In this document: piece after piece, positions 9,559 through 19,700 of the stretch
Position numbering within the stretch: the stretch's first letter is position 1
How the letters are laid out: the number at the start of each line of letters is the position of its first letter
DNA from: an uncultured Desulfobulbia bacterium
GTDB lineage: Bacteria; Desulfobacterota; Desulfobulbia; Desulfobulbales; CG2-30-60-27
Assembly (NCBI GenBank): GCA_964443295.1
Contig: CAYUCH010000004.1
Span: 1-57,734, forward strand
Reading direction: 5' to 3'
Length of the DNA: 57,734 nucleotides
The notes under the pieces: generated by a model
The model's database searches: none
Told to the model about the DNA's origin: nothing
The model's input: the letters and a program-made list of their open reading frames with translations, nothing else
Position numbers and translations under genes: made by a program

Positions 9559-11808
9559 CTAATTTCCGCATTGAGATGGATATGAACACCCTGAGTAGTA
9601 AGTCAAGGTCACCGTAAGCTGATAGGGATACATACCTGTCCAATCATCATCTGGAAGTATGTTATCCACCACGACATTGAAATCACTTACAGAAATATAT
9701 GCCCTGCCCTGCCAGGGATCGCCCACCCAGAAATCCTCGTCACCAGCTCCTGGGATGGTTTGGTCAACTGCCTCGGTGGTGAGGGTGGCATCTCCGCCGC
9801 TGGCCATGAAACCATCCCCACTGTTATAGCGTTCCATTACTGAACGGTTTTGATCTCCATTGGAACTGGGACGATCTGGATAATATCGCCAGACATGCTC
9901 CACCTCACAACCGGCTCCCACTTGCAATCGCACCTGGATATCGTAGTACCAATCTGTGTGTTCCGGGTCCAGGGGCTGATTGGGAATGGCAAACCAATCC
10001 TGGTCTCCCTGAAAATCAATGTATCCAGAAATGGTGGGGAAGGAATAGCTGATACCGGCCAATAAGGCTGTAGTGGCTGGATCGGATGTCGCATCCAGAT
10101 AGGTTGTATTCACTCTGAAGGCACTATAGGTCAAAGCATTATACACAAGCTCAATTGAAGCAGGAGCATTGGAACCGTCCTGCTCGGTCACTTCGCTATA
10201 ATAGACTGTATTAGCTGCTCCTGTGGTAGGAATTTGTTCAACATCAACAGACAGGGTGTACGTGACATCGGCACCATCATCATTTTGGTAATCAGCCACC
10301 ATTATCCAATATGTTTCATCGGTTTCACTGACCGGCGCTAGAATACTGGTTTTCAATGCCGCACCATCACTACCGTCCAGATCATAAATCCTTTCGACAA
10401 CCTCATCCTTGATTATACTGACGGAGTATTCAACCGTGGATACATCATCCGCATCAAAGAACACTTCCAGCACCTGGGGATCTGTTGAAGCTGGAACTAC
10501 GATGCTGTAATAGTCAATATCTCCCCTGAAGGCCACCTTCCCTTCATAGGCCACATTCTCGCTTATGAGGATTGGATTGTTGATGGAGTCGTTGTCATTC
10601 TCATAATCGCCGGGTATTTCATCGGGATCATTTATCGAGGTTATTGCCATTATTATTTCATAGGGGGCAGACTGGCTCAAGACCTGTCCTGCCGCAGGGC
10701 TTATCCGGAGATAATGAGTCCCCTGCCCAGCCTGGACTTGGGAGAGGTAATTGCCGGAGCTTCCGTGATAATCATGGGAGAGAAGCGTACCGTTTTGATC
10801 GACAATGGAAATTTGGTAAAGAAAATTCTGATCCGCTGTACCGCTGAAATCAAGACTGATTACCTGGAAATCAGTGCCGCCAGCGCCGGGATTAAAACTA
10901 TACCAATCCTCATCCTGCCAATAATCCAAAGAGCCAATAACCGGACTATCCAGTGTAAACGTGCCGGCCTGCTCCCGACTGTCATTTTCAAAAGCCTCAT
11001 CTGTTTGAACGGAAGTCACGCACACTTCATAGGTTGAAGAAATGTCAAAATCATTGCGGCCGTCATCATCCACCTGCAGCACATACTCACCTGCAGTCAG
11101 GTATGGAATGATGTGGTACGAACTGCGCTGAGCATGATTCAAGGAATAAAGCCGATCACCAGCACTGTTATAAAGATCAAAAGTAAGGGCCACATTGCTG
11201 CCTCCCTGATAGACATTGAAGTCCACGGCAATATCATAGGCATTGTCTTCAGTGACCGTAAAGCTGAAGAAATCCACATCGCCAATGGCGCCTATTTCAT
11301 CTGTAACACAGCCTTCCTCACTATCAATCACCAAAGCAGTGGCATCCTGGAAATTATTATTAGAGCCTTCTGTCTCAATATAGTTCAAAGAAAGGTAATA
11401 GGGATTCTCCGAGTATTCATCATCCATCAGGTCCCGTACCGCGAAATAGATATCTTTGGGCGTATCAATATAAATATTCATATTGATATCCGCCGGCAGC
11501 TGACTGTCATCCATGGCATGATCACCATAGATGCGAACTCGATTGCCGTTAGCATCTTCCTCATAGGCAGTGATCATCAAATCCACATCAGGCCGATACG
11601 TATTGCTGGTACAACGGACATTCAAAACCCGGTTGGCCTCCACGGCTCTGAAGTGAAACCAATCCACCTCCGCCTCAGTAGCGATGGTATCACTGGACTG
11701 CACACCCAGCTGCAATTCACTATTATCAAGCGCACCATTATCACTGTTTGAAGAACACGCGGTCATCAACATCAAGAACAAGGCCGGCCATACATTATAA
11801 TTTTTCAT
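9559..11808 (-). CDS. Acidic lipoprotein with tandem PPC-like (pre-peptidase C-terminal) beta-sandwich repeats
   Basis: Lipobox MTAC; repeated E.ND..A…G.I…GD.D(W/F/Y)(F/Y) and Y.L.V motifs; no catalytic motif seen. Confidence 0.7.
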   Translation of the reverse strand: MKNYNVWPALFLMLMTACSSNSDNGALDNSELQLGVQSSDTIATEAEVDWFHFRAVEANRVLNVRCTSNTYRPDVDLMITAYEEDANGNRVRIYGDHAMDDSQLPADINMNIYIDTPKDIYFAVRDLMDDEYSENPYYLSLNYIETEGSNNNFQDATALVIDSEEGCVTDEIGAIGDVDFFSFTVTEDNAYDIAVDFNVYQGGSNVALTFDLYNSAGDRLYSLNHAQRSSYHIIPYLTAGEYVLQVDDDGRNDFDISSTYEVCVTSVQTDEAFENDSREQAGTFTLDSPVIGSLDYWQDEDWYSFNPGAGGTDFQVISLDFSGTADQNFLYQISIVDQNGTLLSHDYHGSSGNYLSQVQAGQGTHYLRISPAAGQVLSQSAPYEIIMAITSINDPDEIPGDYENDNDSINNPILISENVAYEGKVAFRGDIDYYSIVVPASTDPQVLEVFFDADDVSTVEYSVSIIKDEVVERIYDLDGSDGAALKTSILAPVSETDETYWIMVADYQNDDGADVTYTLSVDVEQIPTTGAANTVYYSEVTEQDGSNAPASIELVYNALTYSAFRVNTTYLDATSDPATTALLAGISYSFPTISGYIDFQGDQDWFAIPNQPLDPEHTDWYYDIQVRLQVGAGCEVEHVWRYYPDRPSSNGDQNRSVMERYNSGDGFMASGGDATLTTEAVDQTIPGAGDEDFWVGDPWQGRAYISVSDFNVVVDNILPDDDWTGMYPYQLTVTLTYYSGCSYPSQCGN

Positions 11809-11871
11809 GGTGTTGCCTCTTATTTTGCATTCAGTTGGAATTCTTCCTTCAAAGAAGAAACTCCCGTATTT

Positions 11872-11986
11872 ATTAACGGTTACAGGGTGCTGCAGATCCG
11901 AGGAAGAAACCTGCTCGCTATACAGGTAGTTTGGGTATGCGAGCAGGTTTCTGACAAAGGAGATGCGGCGCCATGTGACCGTTAAT
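11872..11986. repeat. Long imperfect palindromic intergenic element (MITE/REP-like), same family as 24553-24685
   Basis: Paired arms ATTAACGGTTACAGGGTGCTGCA / TGCGGCGCCATGTGACCGTTAAT and inner AGAAACCTGCTCGC / GCGAGCAGGTTTCT; shares GTTACAGGGTGyTGCAG and TGACAAAGGAGATGC with the 24.6-kb copy. Confidence 0.8.
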
Positions 11987-13599
11987 CATTGAATTAGCTG
12001 AAAATCGGACGGGCTCAGCACAATATTCCTTCCCCTATCCGCCATATTAATAATCACCTCAGCCATCCTGAAAACCGGTGGCACATCCGGGGTATCCTCC
12101 GGTACCTGGGCTATGTAAAATCGGATGAGGTTATCTCCGGCTTGTCGTTCCTCCCCCCAGGGAGTGGTGTAGGCCTCGGTATCCATGATATCGATATTGG
12201 TAATCTCAAAATGATAGCGACGCACATAGGACTCCAGGTCCGTCCCCTGATTGATAGGCACCAATCCCATATCTTGGAGATCATAGTAATAGGCGTAACG
12301 CTGACGAATGATGGGATCACTTGAGGTAACATTGGTGTGCTGCTGTACTTCCAGCCAGTCCACAGCACCGTCAAAGTCACTGTCATTATTGGTCTGGATC
12401 TCTAATGGATTTGTCCCCATCTGGAATTCAATACCATCTGGGATGCCGTCACCATCGGTGTCAGTGACATGTCGATTAGTGCCTTTGACATACTCCTCAC
12501 AGTCATTCAAGCCATCAAGATCTTCGTCGGGATAATCCCCATCTTCACGTATGATGCAGGGACTGTCCTGGGCCAGAGGATCAAGCTCATGTCCAGGCGA
12601 ACTGACAGTGATTTCGAAAAAGTCACTTAAACCATCCCCGTCGGTATCGGGATTCACCAGACTTGTCCCATAATAGTCTTCATCTGTATCTCCCAAACCA
12701 TCACCATCACTATCTCGCCAGACCAAATCAGTTCCGGCATGAACGTTGTAATTATAGGCAACCATGTAGGTGATTTTGTATTCCACCGTCAGCCGCATAT
12801 CGACGATATTGATAAAATCAATGGCCTCGGCATTTTCAAAGAGTCTGAACTGGCCATTCCCGCGATCTGCCATGCCTTGCAAGGTATTCTCGGCATGGAG
12901 CCGGGCCGCATCACCCTCGGAACCTGGAGGAAACATGCCAAGGAGGAGAAAGGTATGAAAATTGAAACTGCCCACCCCGGAGTCTTCTACCATCTGAGCA
13001 ATGTCCTCCACCGAATTCCAGATATCAGCATCGGGCTGGGTCTGGCCCTGGGCATTGGAAAGGCCGTCGCTCAAAAAGATCACCACGTACTTGGTGCGGA
13101 TCCTGTTCTCTTCACTGGATCGGTTGATATCGCGCTGGATATCCATGTAGATGGCCGACTCGGCATCGAGATAGTCTGTGGTGGTGTCGTTGTACATACC
13201 GTCAAGAACCCGATTGAGTTCCTCGGTATCCTTGGTGAATCCACGCTGTCCGTTGACATTCCTGGTTCCCATGAAAACATTGCTGGACCAGAGCATGATT
13301 TCAAAGGAGGTATTTTCATAGCTGTTATAGGTATTGATAAAATCCCGCACTGCGTCACGACGCATGAAATGGGGATCAGAACCGGCCATCACCCCGCCCA
13401 CTTCATCGCCCATACTCAAGGAGCAATCGATGGCAAAAAGCACCTTGACCGGAAACTGAATTTCATCAGGGCTCTCAGTCTGGAAATCCCCTACCAGACT
13501 CATCTTGGAACGCCCCTGGGTTCGCTCAAGATCATGGTCTGAACAACCAATGAGCAGGAAACATAAACCGCTCAAGAATAGAATGAGTTTACGAGTCAC
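11986..13599 (-). CDS. VWA-domain lipoprotein with Ca-binding DxDGDG repeats, MtsB/MtsD-like putative adhesin
   Basis: Probable GTG start at 13599 (GAGG upstream, overlapping the previous stop); lipobox LIGC; FPVKVLFAIDCSLSM (MIDAS DxSxS), TTTDY, FLSDG; DTDGDG..D..E…GTNP repeats. Confidence 0.8.
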   Translation of the reverse strand: MTRKLILFLSGLCFLLIGCSDHDLERTQGRSKMSLVGDFQTESPDEIQFPVKVLFAIDCSLSMGDEVGGVMAGSDPHFMRRDAVRDFINTYNSYENTSFEIMLWSSNVFMGTRNVNGQRGFTKDTEELNRVLDGMYNDTTTDYLDAESAIYMDIQRDINRSSEENRIRTKYVVIFLSDGLSNAQGQTQPDADIWNSVEDIAQMVEDSGVGSFNFHTFLLLGMFPPGSEGDAARLHAENTLQGMADRGNGQFRLFENAEAIDFINIVDMRLTVEYKITYMVAYNYNVHAGTDLVWRDSDGDGLGDTDEDYYGTSLVNPDTDGDGLSDFFEITVSSPGHELDPLAQDSPCIIREDGDYPDEDLDGLNDCEEYVKGTNRHVTDTDGDGIPDGIEFQMGTNPLEIQTNNDSDFDGAVDWLEVQQHTNVTSSDPIIRQRYAYYYDLQDMGLVPINQGTDLESYVRRYHFEITNIDIMDTEAYTTPWGEERQAGDNLIRFYIAQVPEDTPDVPPVFRMAEVIINMADRGRNIVLSPSDFQLIQ

Positions 13600-14392
13600 A
13601 ACTGTCACCTCGTCCATTTTGATCTTCATCGGCCTGGTCGCTATTGGCGATCGTTGGGCAGTTATCGCAGGCATCCCCTACTCCGTCGCCGTCATAGTCG
13701 GCGTTCTGATAACTCCGCATCCTGGGGCAGAGGTCTTCACCGTTATCCTCATAAAAACCATCGTTATCCCAATCGTCATCACAGACATCACCGGCCGTAT
13801 CGCCGGGAAGATACCCATCGGAGTTTGCCTGATCCTGATTCACCACCTCACTACAGTTATCAACCACATCAGGAATACCATCGCCGTCATCGTCTTCATC
13901 ACAGGCATCGCCCTGGCCATCATTATTTGTATCGGTCTGTAAATAATTAGCCACCTGGGGACAGTTATCCAGGTTATTGGCGAGGTCATCACCGTCAATA
14001 TCTTCGTCACAGGCGTCACCCACCAAATCTCCATCAGCATCCTCCTGAAAATTATTGACCGTATTGGGACAATTATCACAGGCATCACCGAAATCATCGC
14101 CATCACTGTTGTCCTGGTTGTTTGGGGTAAAGACGCAATTATCGCGACTGTCTAAAGAGCCATCATGATCGTAGTCCTCATCCAGAGCCCAGGTGGGACC
14201 AAGATCATAGGCAACCACAATGGGCCCACCACCCGATCCACCACCCCCTACTCCACCTGAAGGCGGAGCACCGCATTCGGCATCGGGACATTCGTCGAAC
14301 CAATCATTGGAATCAAAACCGGAGGCATTCTGTGATGCTCCAACAATGAATAACGCCGTTAAACAACAGAAAATAATTATTCCAGATCTCAT
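13589..14392 (-). CDS. Secreted thrombospondin type-3 repeat protein, MtsC-like
   Basis: Signal peptide; EC..A.CG.P..GG-rich N-segment; multiple DNCP…N..Q.D.DGD..GDACD repeats. Confidence 0.85.
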   Translation of the reverse strand: MRSGIIIFCCLTALFIVGASQNASGFDSNDWFDECPDAECGAPPSGGVGGGGSGGGPIVVAYDLGPTWALDEDYDHDGSLDSRDNCVFTPNNQDNSDGDDFGDACDNCPNTVNNFQEDADGDLVGDACDEDIDGDDLANNLDNCPQVANYLQTDTNNDGQGDACDEDDDGDGIPDVVDNCSEVVNQDQANSDGYLPGDTAGDVCDDDWDNDGFYEDNGEDLCPRMRSYQNADYDGDGVGDACDNCPTIANSDQADEDQNGRGDSCDS

Positions 14393-14415
14393 ATTTCACC
14401 TCGTTGCAAGCTCTC

Positions 14416-15741
14416 TCATTTTTCTACAAAAATAATGGAATTACTGGTTTCGGAATAGGTGACAATTTGAGGTTGCCCTCCCGTAAACCAAAGGGAATTG
14501 TATTTACCGATATTGCCGGCGGTGAGGACGTTTTCTAAATTCCAAGAACCACCATCCTTCATTGCCAACTTCAGGTTTTCACGGATATACCCGCTATGGC
14601 TGCGGGAATCGTAATAGGCAATGGCCGGATTTGAATTACTATCAAAGGCCAGGCTGCAATGCTTGCCACCGATCATTGATTCATCGACAATCTCCACCTG
14701 CCATTCTGTTTCACCGGCTCCTTTTGAGGCATATCTCAGGTGCGCCTGGTAATCATCATCTTCAAAGACCTGCTTGACGTAATAGGCCACACCCAACGTG
14801 CCATCGGTCGCTACAGCGGCGCTTATTGCTCCCACCTCGATTCCACGGAATGAATTGCCATAGTCGTGGCGATCCACCCATTCCGGAATCCAGCTATTTC
14901 CTTCCTTTCGGGCCATACGAAGGCCCTTTTCGGCGTTGTACACATCAGACAATTCGGCGTAATAGAAAACAGCCGGAACATCATCAGCCGTAACCACTAA
15001 CTGGCAATGATGCCCGACACTGTTCTCATCACCATTAATGCCGCTGTATTCATTACCCTCCACTGTTTCCTCTTCCGCAAGGGTGGTGAACTCACCAGTA
15101 GGGTAATAAACGTATTTCAGGTCTGGAAAATTAGAGTTATGGGCGTCGATTCCCTCATAATGAAATTGATAGGCCAGATGCACTCCACCCTGAGAATCAG
15201 ACGCAACAGTCAGGTCAACCCCGGCAAAGCCATCCTGGAAATAAGGATTACGCTCCACAAAACCGATGGCGCCGGTATACTCTTGCCATTCATTATTTTT
15301 AACCGAAAACATGGCATCGGATTGGGCCTCCACACCACCCAATCTCTCCTCACCACCTTGGTATGCCACCACAACATCCTCACCATGCACGGCAAAGCCC
15401 AGGGAGCCACAATTATCAATGGGAGCTGCGAGGGCAGATTCATCGAGCACATCGCTTTGGCCGGTTGAATCCCAGACCAGATGGCGAATATCATAGGTGG
15501 AAAAATCAAGATCCATGAAATAGGAAAGATGAATATTACCATTACTTGCCGGAACGGCCTTGATCTGTGGACTTAACAGCCCACCGGCATCAATGCTTTT
15601 CACCGTTGCGCTGGTCCATTGAGAAGTGAGATCCACAGGTGCCGGATCTCCTGTACCACCTCCCCCACCCCCGCCACAGGCAGTAAGTAGAAATAAGCAG
15701 AGACCTGTGGTCATTTTCTTCGGCTGATATCCAGAGATCAT
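14416..15741 (-). CDS. Lipoprotein, probable beta-propeller
   Basis: Lipobox LTAC plus poly-Gly; repeats of the type G..xSLA.D..G.P.IAYY…L.YA…W..E.VD. Confidence 0.75.
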   Translation of the reverse strand: MISGYQPKKMTTGLCLFLLTACGGGGGGGTGDPAPVDLTSQWTSATVKSIDAGGLLSPQIKAVPASNGNIHLSYFMDLDFSTYDIRHLVWDSTGQSDVLDESALAAPIDNCGSLGFAVHGEDVVVAYQGGEERLGGVEAQSDAMFSVKNNEWQEYTGAIGFVERNPYFQDGFAGVDLTVASDSQGGVHLAYQFHYEGIDAHNSNFPDLKYVYYPTGEFTTLAEEETVEGNEYSGINGDENSVGHHCQLVVTADDVPAVFYYAELSDVYNAEKGLRMARKEGNSWIPEWVDRHDYGNSFRGIEVGAISAAVATDGTLGVAYYVKQVFEDDDYQAHLRYASKGAGETEWQVEIVDESMIGGKHCSLAFDSNSNPAIAYYDSRSHSGYIRENLKLAMKDGGSWNLENVLTAGNIGKYNSLWFTGGQPQIVTYSETSNSIIFVEK

Positions 15742-15755
15742 TTTGTTACCTTAAT

Positions 15756-15981
15756 TTGGCTTTTCAGGCCATTCCACGCAGCCAAGCAGCACAGGATTGG
15801 CCGGATCAGCGCGAGGACTGTTTGAGCGCAGCGAGTTTCGCAGCGCCCGGTCAATTCGAGCAGCGCAGGGAAGTCCGACGAAGGAGGACCAGCAGCGAAG
15901 CGGCGAGTGGACGGCTGCCTTTTCTTTTGGTTCTTTTCTTTGCACCCGTTCCGGGCATAAAGGCAAGCAAAGAAAAGAACG
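15756..15981. repeat. GC-rich non-coding dispersed-repeat/MITE-like element
   Basis: GC-rich island with GAGCGCAGCGAGTTTCGCAGCG and a terminal hairpin TTCTTTTCTTTG…CAAAGAAAAGAA; all six-frame ORFs are non-protein-like. Confidence 0.6.
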
Positions 15982-16034
15982 GATAAAACTCTACTGCTTT
16001 TCAATATTCTCATGGCGACACTCATAGCCCAACC

Positions 16035-16059
16035 AAATGTCGGAATAAATTCCGACCTA
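16035..16059 (-). repeat. REP-like palindrome
   Basis: Minus strand TTAGGTCGGAATTTATTCCGACA, about 20 nt downstream of the large TPR gene stop. Confidence 0.55.
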
Positions 16060-16079
16060 AATTGTATTAAAACAAGTCC

Positions 16080-19000
16080 TCACTTCCCCTTCTTTGCCAT
16101 CTGGATCCTGTTCATATTTTCCAGATACAATTCTTTGGCTTTTGGATGAATGAGCTGTTTTTCAACCTCGATGACAGAAGATTCAGGCAGCTCTTTGTAA
16201 ATTTTAAAAGCCTTGTCAGCATGGCCGTAATAGCTGTACAAACCAGCCAGATTAATCCCTGCGGCATGATTTTGATGGTCAAGAGACACAGCTTTCTTAA
16301 AGAGATCCCGGGCTACCAGATCCTGCTTTGTATTGAGTTTGGCAACACCCAGGAGATTGTTGGCCCTGGCTTTTTGCTGGTCATCACTGGCGTGGATCAG
16401 GGCTTTTTCAATGATCATGATGGCCTGGCGGTAATCACGCCTGGAGAGATATTGAGAAGCAAGTTCTAAGAGCAAGGAGGAATCTTCCGGCTCTATGATG
16501 ATTGTGTAATGCAATTTCTTAAGATCCTCATCAGCGAGGGCCTGTTGACGAATTTCTTTTGAAAAAGATGTGGCTGAAAAACCATACTGCACAGAATTTT
16601 CCGCATAGAACTGGGTCAATTCCGGGGTCATCAGCTCCCATTTATGGGCTTGCTTTATACAGGTATCTTTAAATTGAGCTGCCTTATCCAGATATCCCTG
16701 GGCCCGCTGACTGATCAACTGGACATACTGGGCTTTCTGTTCTTCGGCGAGCTCAGCAGGAATCGGAGAGTTTTTGAGAAAACGACCGAATTCCTCATTG
16801 ATCTCATAGAGCCTGTAACAGGATCGCAAAGCCCAGACCGGTGATTGATATTGGATGACGGTCTGGTAGCGATTTTCCAGTTTATCCAGTTGCCCTGCCT
16901 TGTTTGACACCACCTTGTTACTGATGTTTTTTCCAAGCTGCAGGTCCATGTATTTTCTGTGAGATGATTCAATGGTATCGAATGCCAAGCGTGCCATGAG
17001 TTCGGCAATGGCCGGATCCTTACGGGCGAATTTCGGTTTAAAGTTTTTCTGGGCCCGCCTCCGATATTTGGCAGCATTTTTAAGCTGCTTTTCTTGAAAA
17101 TAAAAATTTCCCAGCATGGCATCAGCCTTGACCTTGCCAAGGGGAGAAAGGCTGGACCGACCATTATGCAAAATCTCTATGGCAATACCGGGCTCATTAT
17201 TATCCACCGCATTCTGGGCCATATTAAAAACCATGGCATCACGATCTTCATCACCTTGATATCCTATCTTCAGGACCTTGCCATAGGCGTAATTGGCCTT
17301 ATCATACTCACCAAGGCCTGATCGTATTCTGGCTATCTGAGCCCAGAATGGGCCGCTGTTTCGATGGGTGGGATAGCGGTTGACAAAATTTTCCAGGTAA
17401 TCGGCCATGAGTCGGAACTGGGAACCATTCAGGGCCGCATCGATCATCAAATTAAGGGTGGGCTCCACGTTGTCTGACTTGGGATACAGGGTGAGCATGC
17501 GCTCTCCGGCATCAAAAAGAATATCAAGATCCCCCTTATCGCGGGAAGAGATAATCAAGGCATTGAGGGCCTGCTCTCCCATACCGGAATCCTTATTCTC
17601 TTCGGCAAAGGTCATGAGATCGGCACGTCCTTTATCCCAATCATCAAGAGCCGCCACAGTTACTCCGGAAATCAATTTCCCTTCAGAAGCCTGGACAATT
17701 GCCTCAATCTCTTTCTTCAGCTTGGCATCCACCCAGGGCTCTTTCAGGGATGCGCGGCCAAAGGAAACCAACCCCTTATAATCTTCTCGCAGGTTATAGG
17801 CGTCCAGGATGAGGTGAGCTGCAACTTTGGCCTCTTTCCCTTGGGGATACTTCTTAATGAAATCTTTGAACTCGGCAATGGCCTCTTCGTATTTCCCCTG
17901 ATCATAGGTCACCCAGGCAATATTGAAGAGGATTTCAGGAACCTTGGTGGAATCAGGAAAAGAGGCCACATATTCCTGACCAGTATCTCGAATGCCGCCC
18001 CTGGCATAGACTGTCTGGAAATAGGACAAATCATCCTGTTTCTTCAGGGCGGTATAATAGGAGAGCACCGCACTGTAGAGATGTTGCTTTTTCTGAGAAT
18101 TGGGTGGTGGTGTAAGAGTGGCTAGCTTCTCGTATTGTTTGCCGGCCTTGAGATAGTCATTGGATGCAAAAAGAGCTTCGGCATAATTGGCTTCCATATC
18201 GTCCCGCACTGGACTGTTCTCGAAGAAGTCCAGATAGATCTTATAGGCATCTGCGGCCCGTGTAAAAAGATCTTTTTTCTTTTCATTTCGGGCCCGCTGG
18301 TGGGTATGGGTAAGGATATCCCTGGCATAGATTTCATAATCCAGGATGTTTTTTTCCTTCTCCTCTTCCTTGACATGGACGGAGTATTTCTGCTTTCGCA
18401 GAGCGGTAATAATGGAGGCAATATCCTTATCAGCGTCGTCAAAATCTTTTAAGGCCTGGACGCATTCGAAGATATTGCGGGAGTATTCCAACAATTTTTC
18501 CGGATCATGCTGCAGGATAGAAAGCTGCCGGTAAATAGCCAGGGAATGCTCATATTTTCGCTTTATGAGATATCGATATCCCAGTTTTTCAAGGACCTTC
18601 AGATAGACAGGACGAGACCAAGAGTAGCGTTGAAAATAGGCAATTGCCTCGCTGGGGCTTTTCTTCTTATGCGCCTCAGTGTAACAAAAAGCCATGTCAA
18701 CCAGGGCTTCCAGGCGGATATTGATCTTCGCTGAATAGGTGTCTACATCAAGATCGTTCCTGGGTTGGGCGACCACAGCCTTTTCGAGAATTTTAATGGC
18801 CTTTTCATGGTCGGCATTATTGATATGCACCCAGTCAAATTTGTAACGGGCAACTACAATGGCGGAACTATCGGGATATGCCAGGACATGTTCATAATGG
18901 CGACGTGCCATTTCCAGATCCTGCTTGGAGTTGAAGAAATAGTCACCCAACAGAAGGTAGGACTCCGGCACATATTGACTCTCTTTATGTTCCTTGATAA

Positions 19001-19670
19001 TGGCTCTGTACTGAACCACCATCTTGTCAATTTCACCCTGTTCCCGGTATTCATGGGCCAGATAAAATCGAACCTTGTCACGATCCTCGTAATCTGGAAA
19101 ATGGCTTAGAATACGATGATACACTTCGATGGCTTGATTTTTTAGAGAGTTGGCCTCGAGATTATCCAGAGCCTTCACCTTGCTCTTGGCCTGATTTTTC
19201 CGGAGAAAAAAAACAATCCGTGCCTTTTCAATATAAAGTTCAGCAAGACGGATATAAAGCTCGGGTAGATACGGCCTGGTACGAGAGCGATCAATGAGCG
19301 CCTTGGTGGACTTGATGGCCAGATCCACCTTTTTCTTGTCATCCAATAATTTGACGACAAATTTCTTCTGCTCCGCTTCCTTGTCCTGCTTTTCCATGCG
19401 ATAGGTAGTTTCTTGCTCACCATCTGCAAGTCCACCTTCGTCTTCTTCTGCAAATACCCAATCATAGGGGGCCTTAACCGTTCCCCACACCCACTGACCG
19501 GTCTTTTTCCCCATGTCAATAGGAGCCATCAGGATGGATCCCATGGTTGAACGTTCTTCCACTTTGGCCATTGCGGGTTCGCAGGAGGACCAAAGCAAAA
19601 GGGTGATAAGGGTACAGATAAAGCCCGAAACAAGGCGGCAATTATGTTTATATCTAAAAATTAATTTCAT
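16080..19670 (-). CDS. Large periplasmic TPR protein, GltD(AgmU)-like, with extra C-terminal TPRs
   Basis: Signal peptide; PELYIRLAELYIEKAR; AIEVYHRIL..FPDY..RDKVRFYLA; PESYLLLGDYFF; many TPR units; located in a glt-like operon. Confidence 0.8.
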   Translation of the reverse strand: MKLIFRYKHNCRLVSGFICTLITLLLWSSCEPAMAKVEERSTMGSILMAPIDMGKKTGQWVWGTVKAPYDWVFAEEDEGGLADGEQETTYRMEKQDKEAEQKKFVVKLLDDKKKVDLAIKSTKALIDRSRTRPYLPELYIRLAELYIEKARIVFFLRKNQAKSKVKALDNLEANSLKNQAIEVYHRILSHFPDYEDRDKVRFYLAHEYREQGEIDKMVVQYRAIIKEHKESQYVPESYLLLGDYFFNSKQDLEMARRHYEHVLAYPDSSAIVVARYKFDWVHINNADHEKAIKILEKAVVAQPRNDLDVDTYSAKINIRLEALVDMAFCYTEAHKKKSPSEAIAYFQRYSWSRPVYLKVLEKLGYRYLIKRKYEHSLAIYRQLSILQHDPEKLLEYSRNIFECVQALKDFDDADKDIASIITALRKQKYSVHVKEEEKEKNILDYEIYARDILTHTHQRARNEKKKDLFTRAADAYKIYLDFFENSPVRDDMEANYAEALFASNDYLKAGKQYEKLATLTPPPNSQKKQHLYSAVLSYYTALKKQDDLSYFQTVYARGGIRDTGQEYVASFPDSTKVPEILFNIAWVTYDQGKYEEAIAEFKDFIKKYPQGKEAKVAAHLILDAYNLREDYKGLVSFGRASLKEPWVDAKLKKEIEAIVQASEGKLISGVTVAALDDWDKGRADLMTFAEENKDSGMGEQALNALIISSRDKGDLDILFDAGERMLTLYPKSDNVEPTLNLMIDAALNGSQFRLMADYLENFVNRYPTHRNSGPFWAQIARIRSGLGEYDKANYAYGKVLKIGYQGDEDRDAMVFNMAQNAVDNNEPGIAIEILHNGRSSLSPLGKVKADAMLGNFYFQEKQLKNAAKYRRRAQKNFKPKFARKDPAIAELMARLAFDTIESSHRKYMDLQLGKNISNKVVSNKAGQLDKLENRYQTVIQYQSPVWALRSCYRLYEINEEFGRFLKNSPIPAELAEEQKAQYVQLISQRAQGYLDKAAQFKDTCIKQAHKWELMTPELTQFYAENSVQYGFSATSFSKEIRQQALADEDLKKLHYTIIIEPEDSSLLLELASQYLSRRDYRQAIMIIEKALIHASDDQQKARANNLLGVAKLNTKQDLVARDLFKKAVSLDHQNHAAGINLAGLYSYYGHADKAFKIYKELPESSVIEVEKQLIHPKAKELYLENMNRIQMAKKGK

Positions 19671-19700
19671 AACGTTCTTTCTTCAGCCTTCAGCCTGGAG

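Noticed and set aside
12300-14200. CRISPR-like or DNA tandem repeat array
   Set aside because: The periodicity comes from protein-level DxDGDG/TSP3 repeats with synonymous divergence; there are no identical repeats with spacers and no cas genes.
15738-16027. Four overlapping 70-95-aa ORFs
   Set aside because: They lie within a GC-rich palindromic repeat and have no protein-like features.
19206-19213. A8 tract in the gltD-like gene as a phase-variation site
   Set aside because: Short, in frame, and expected by chance at this base composition.
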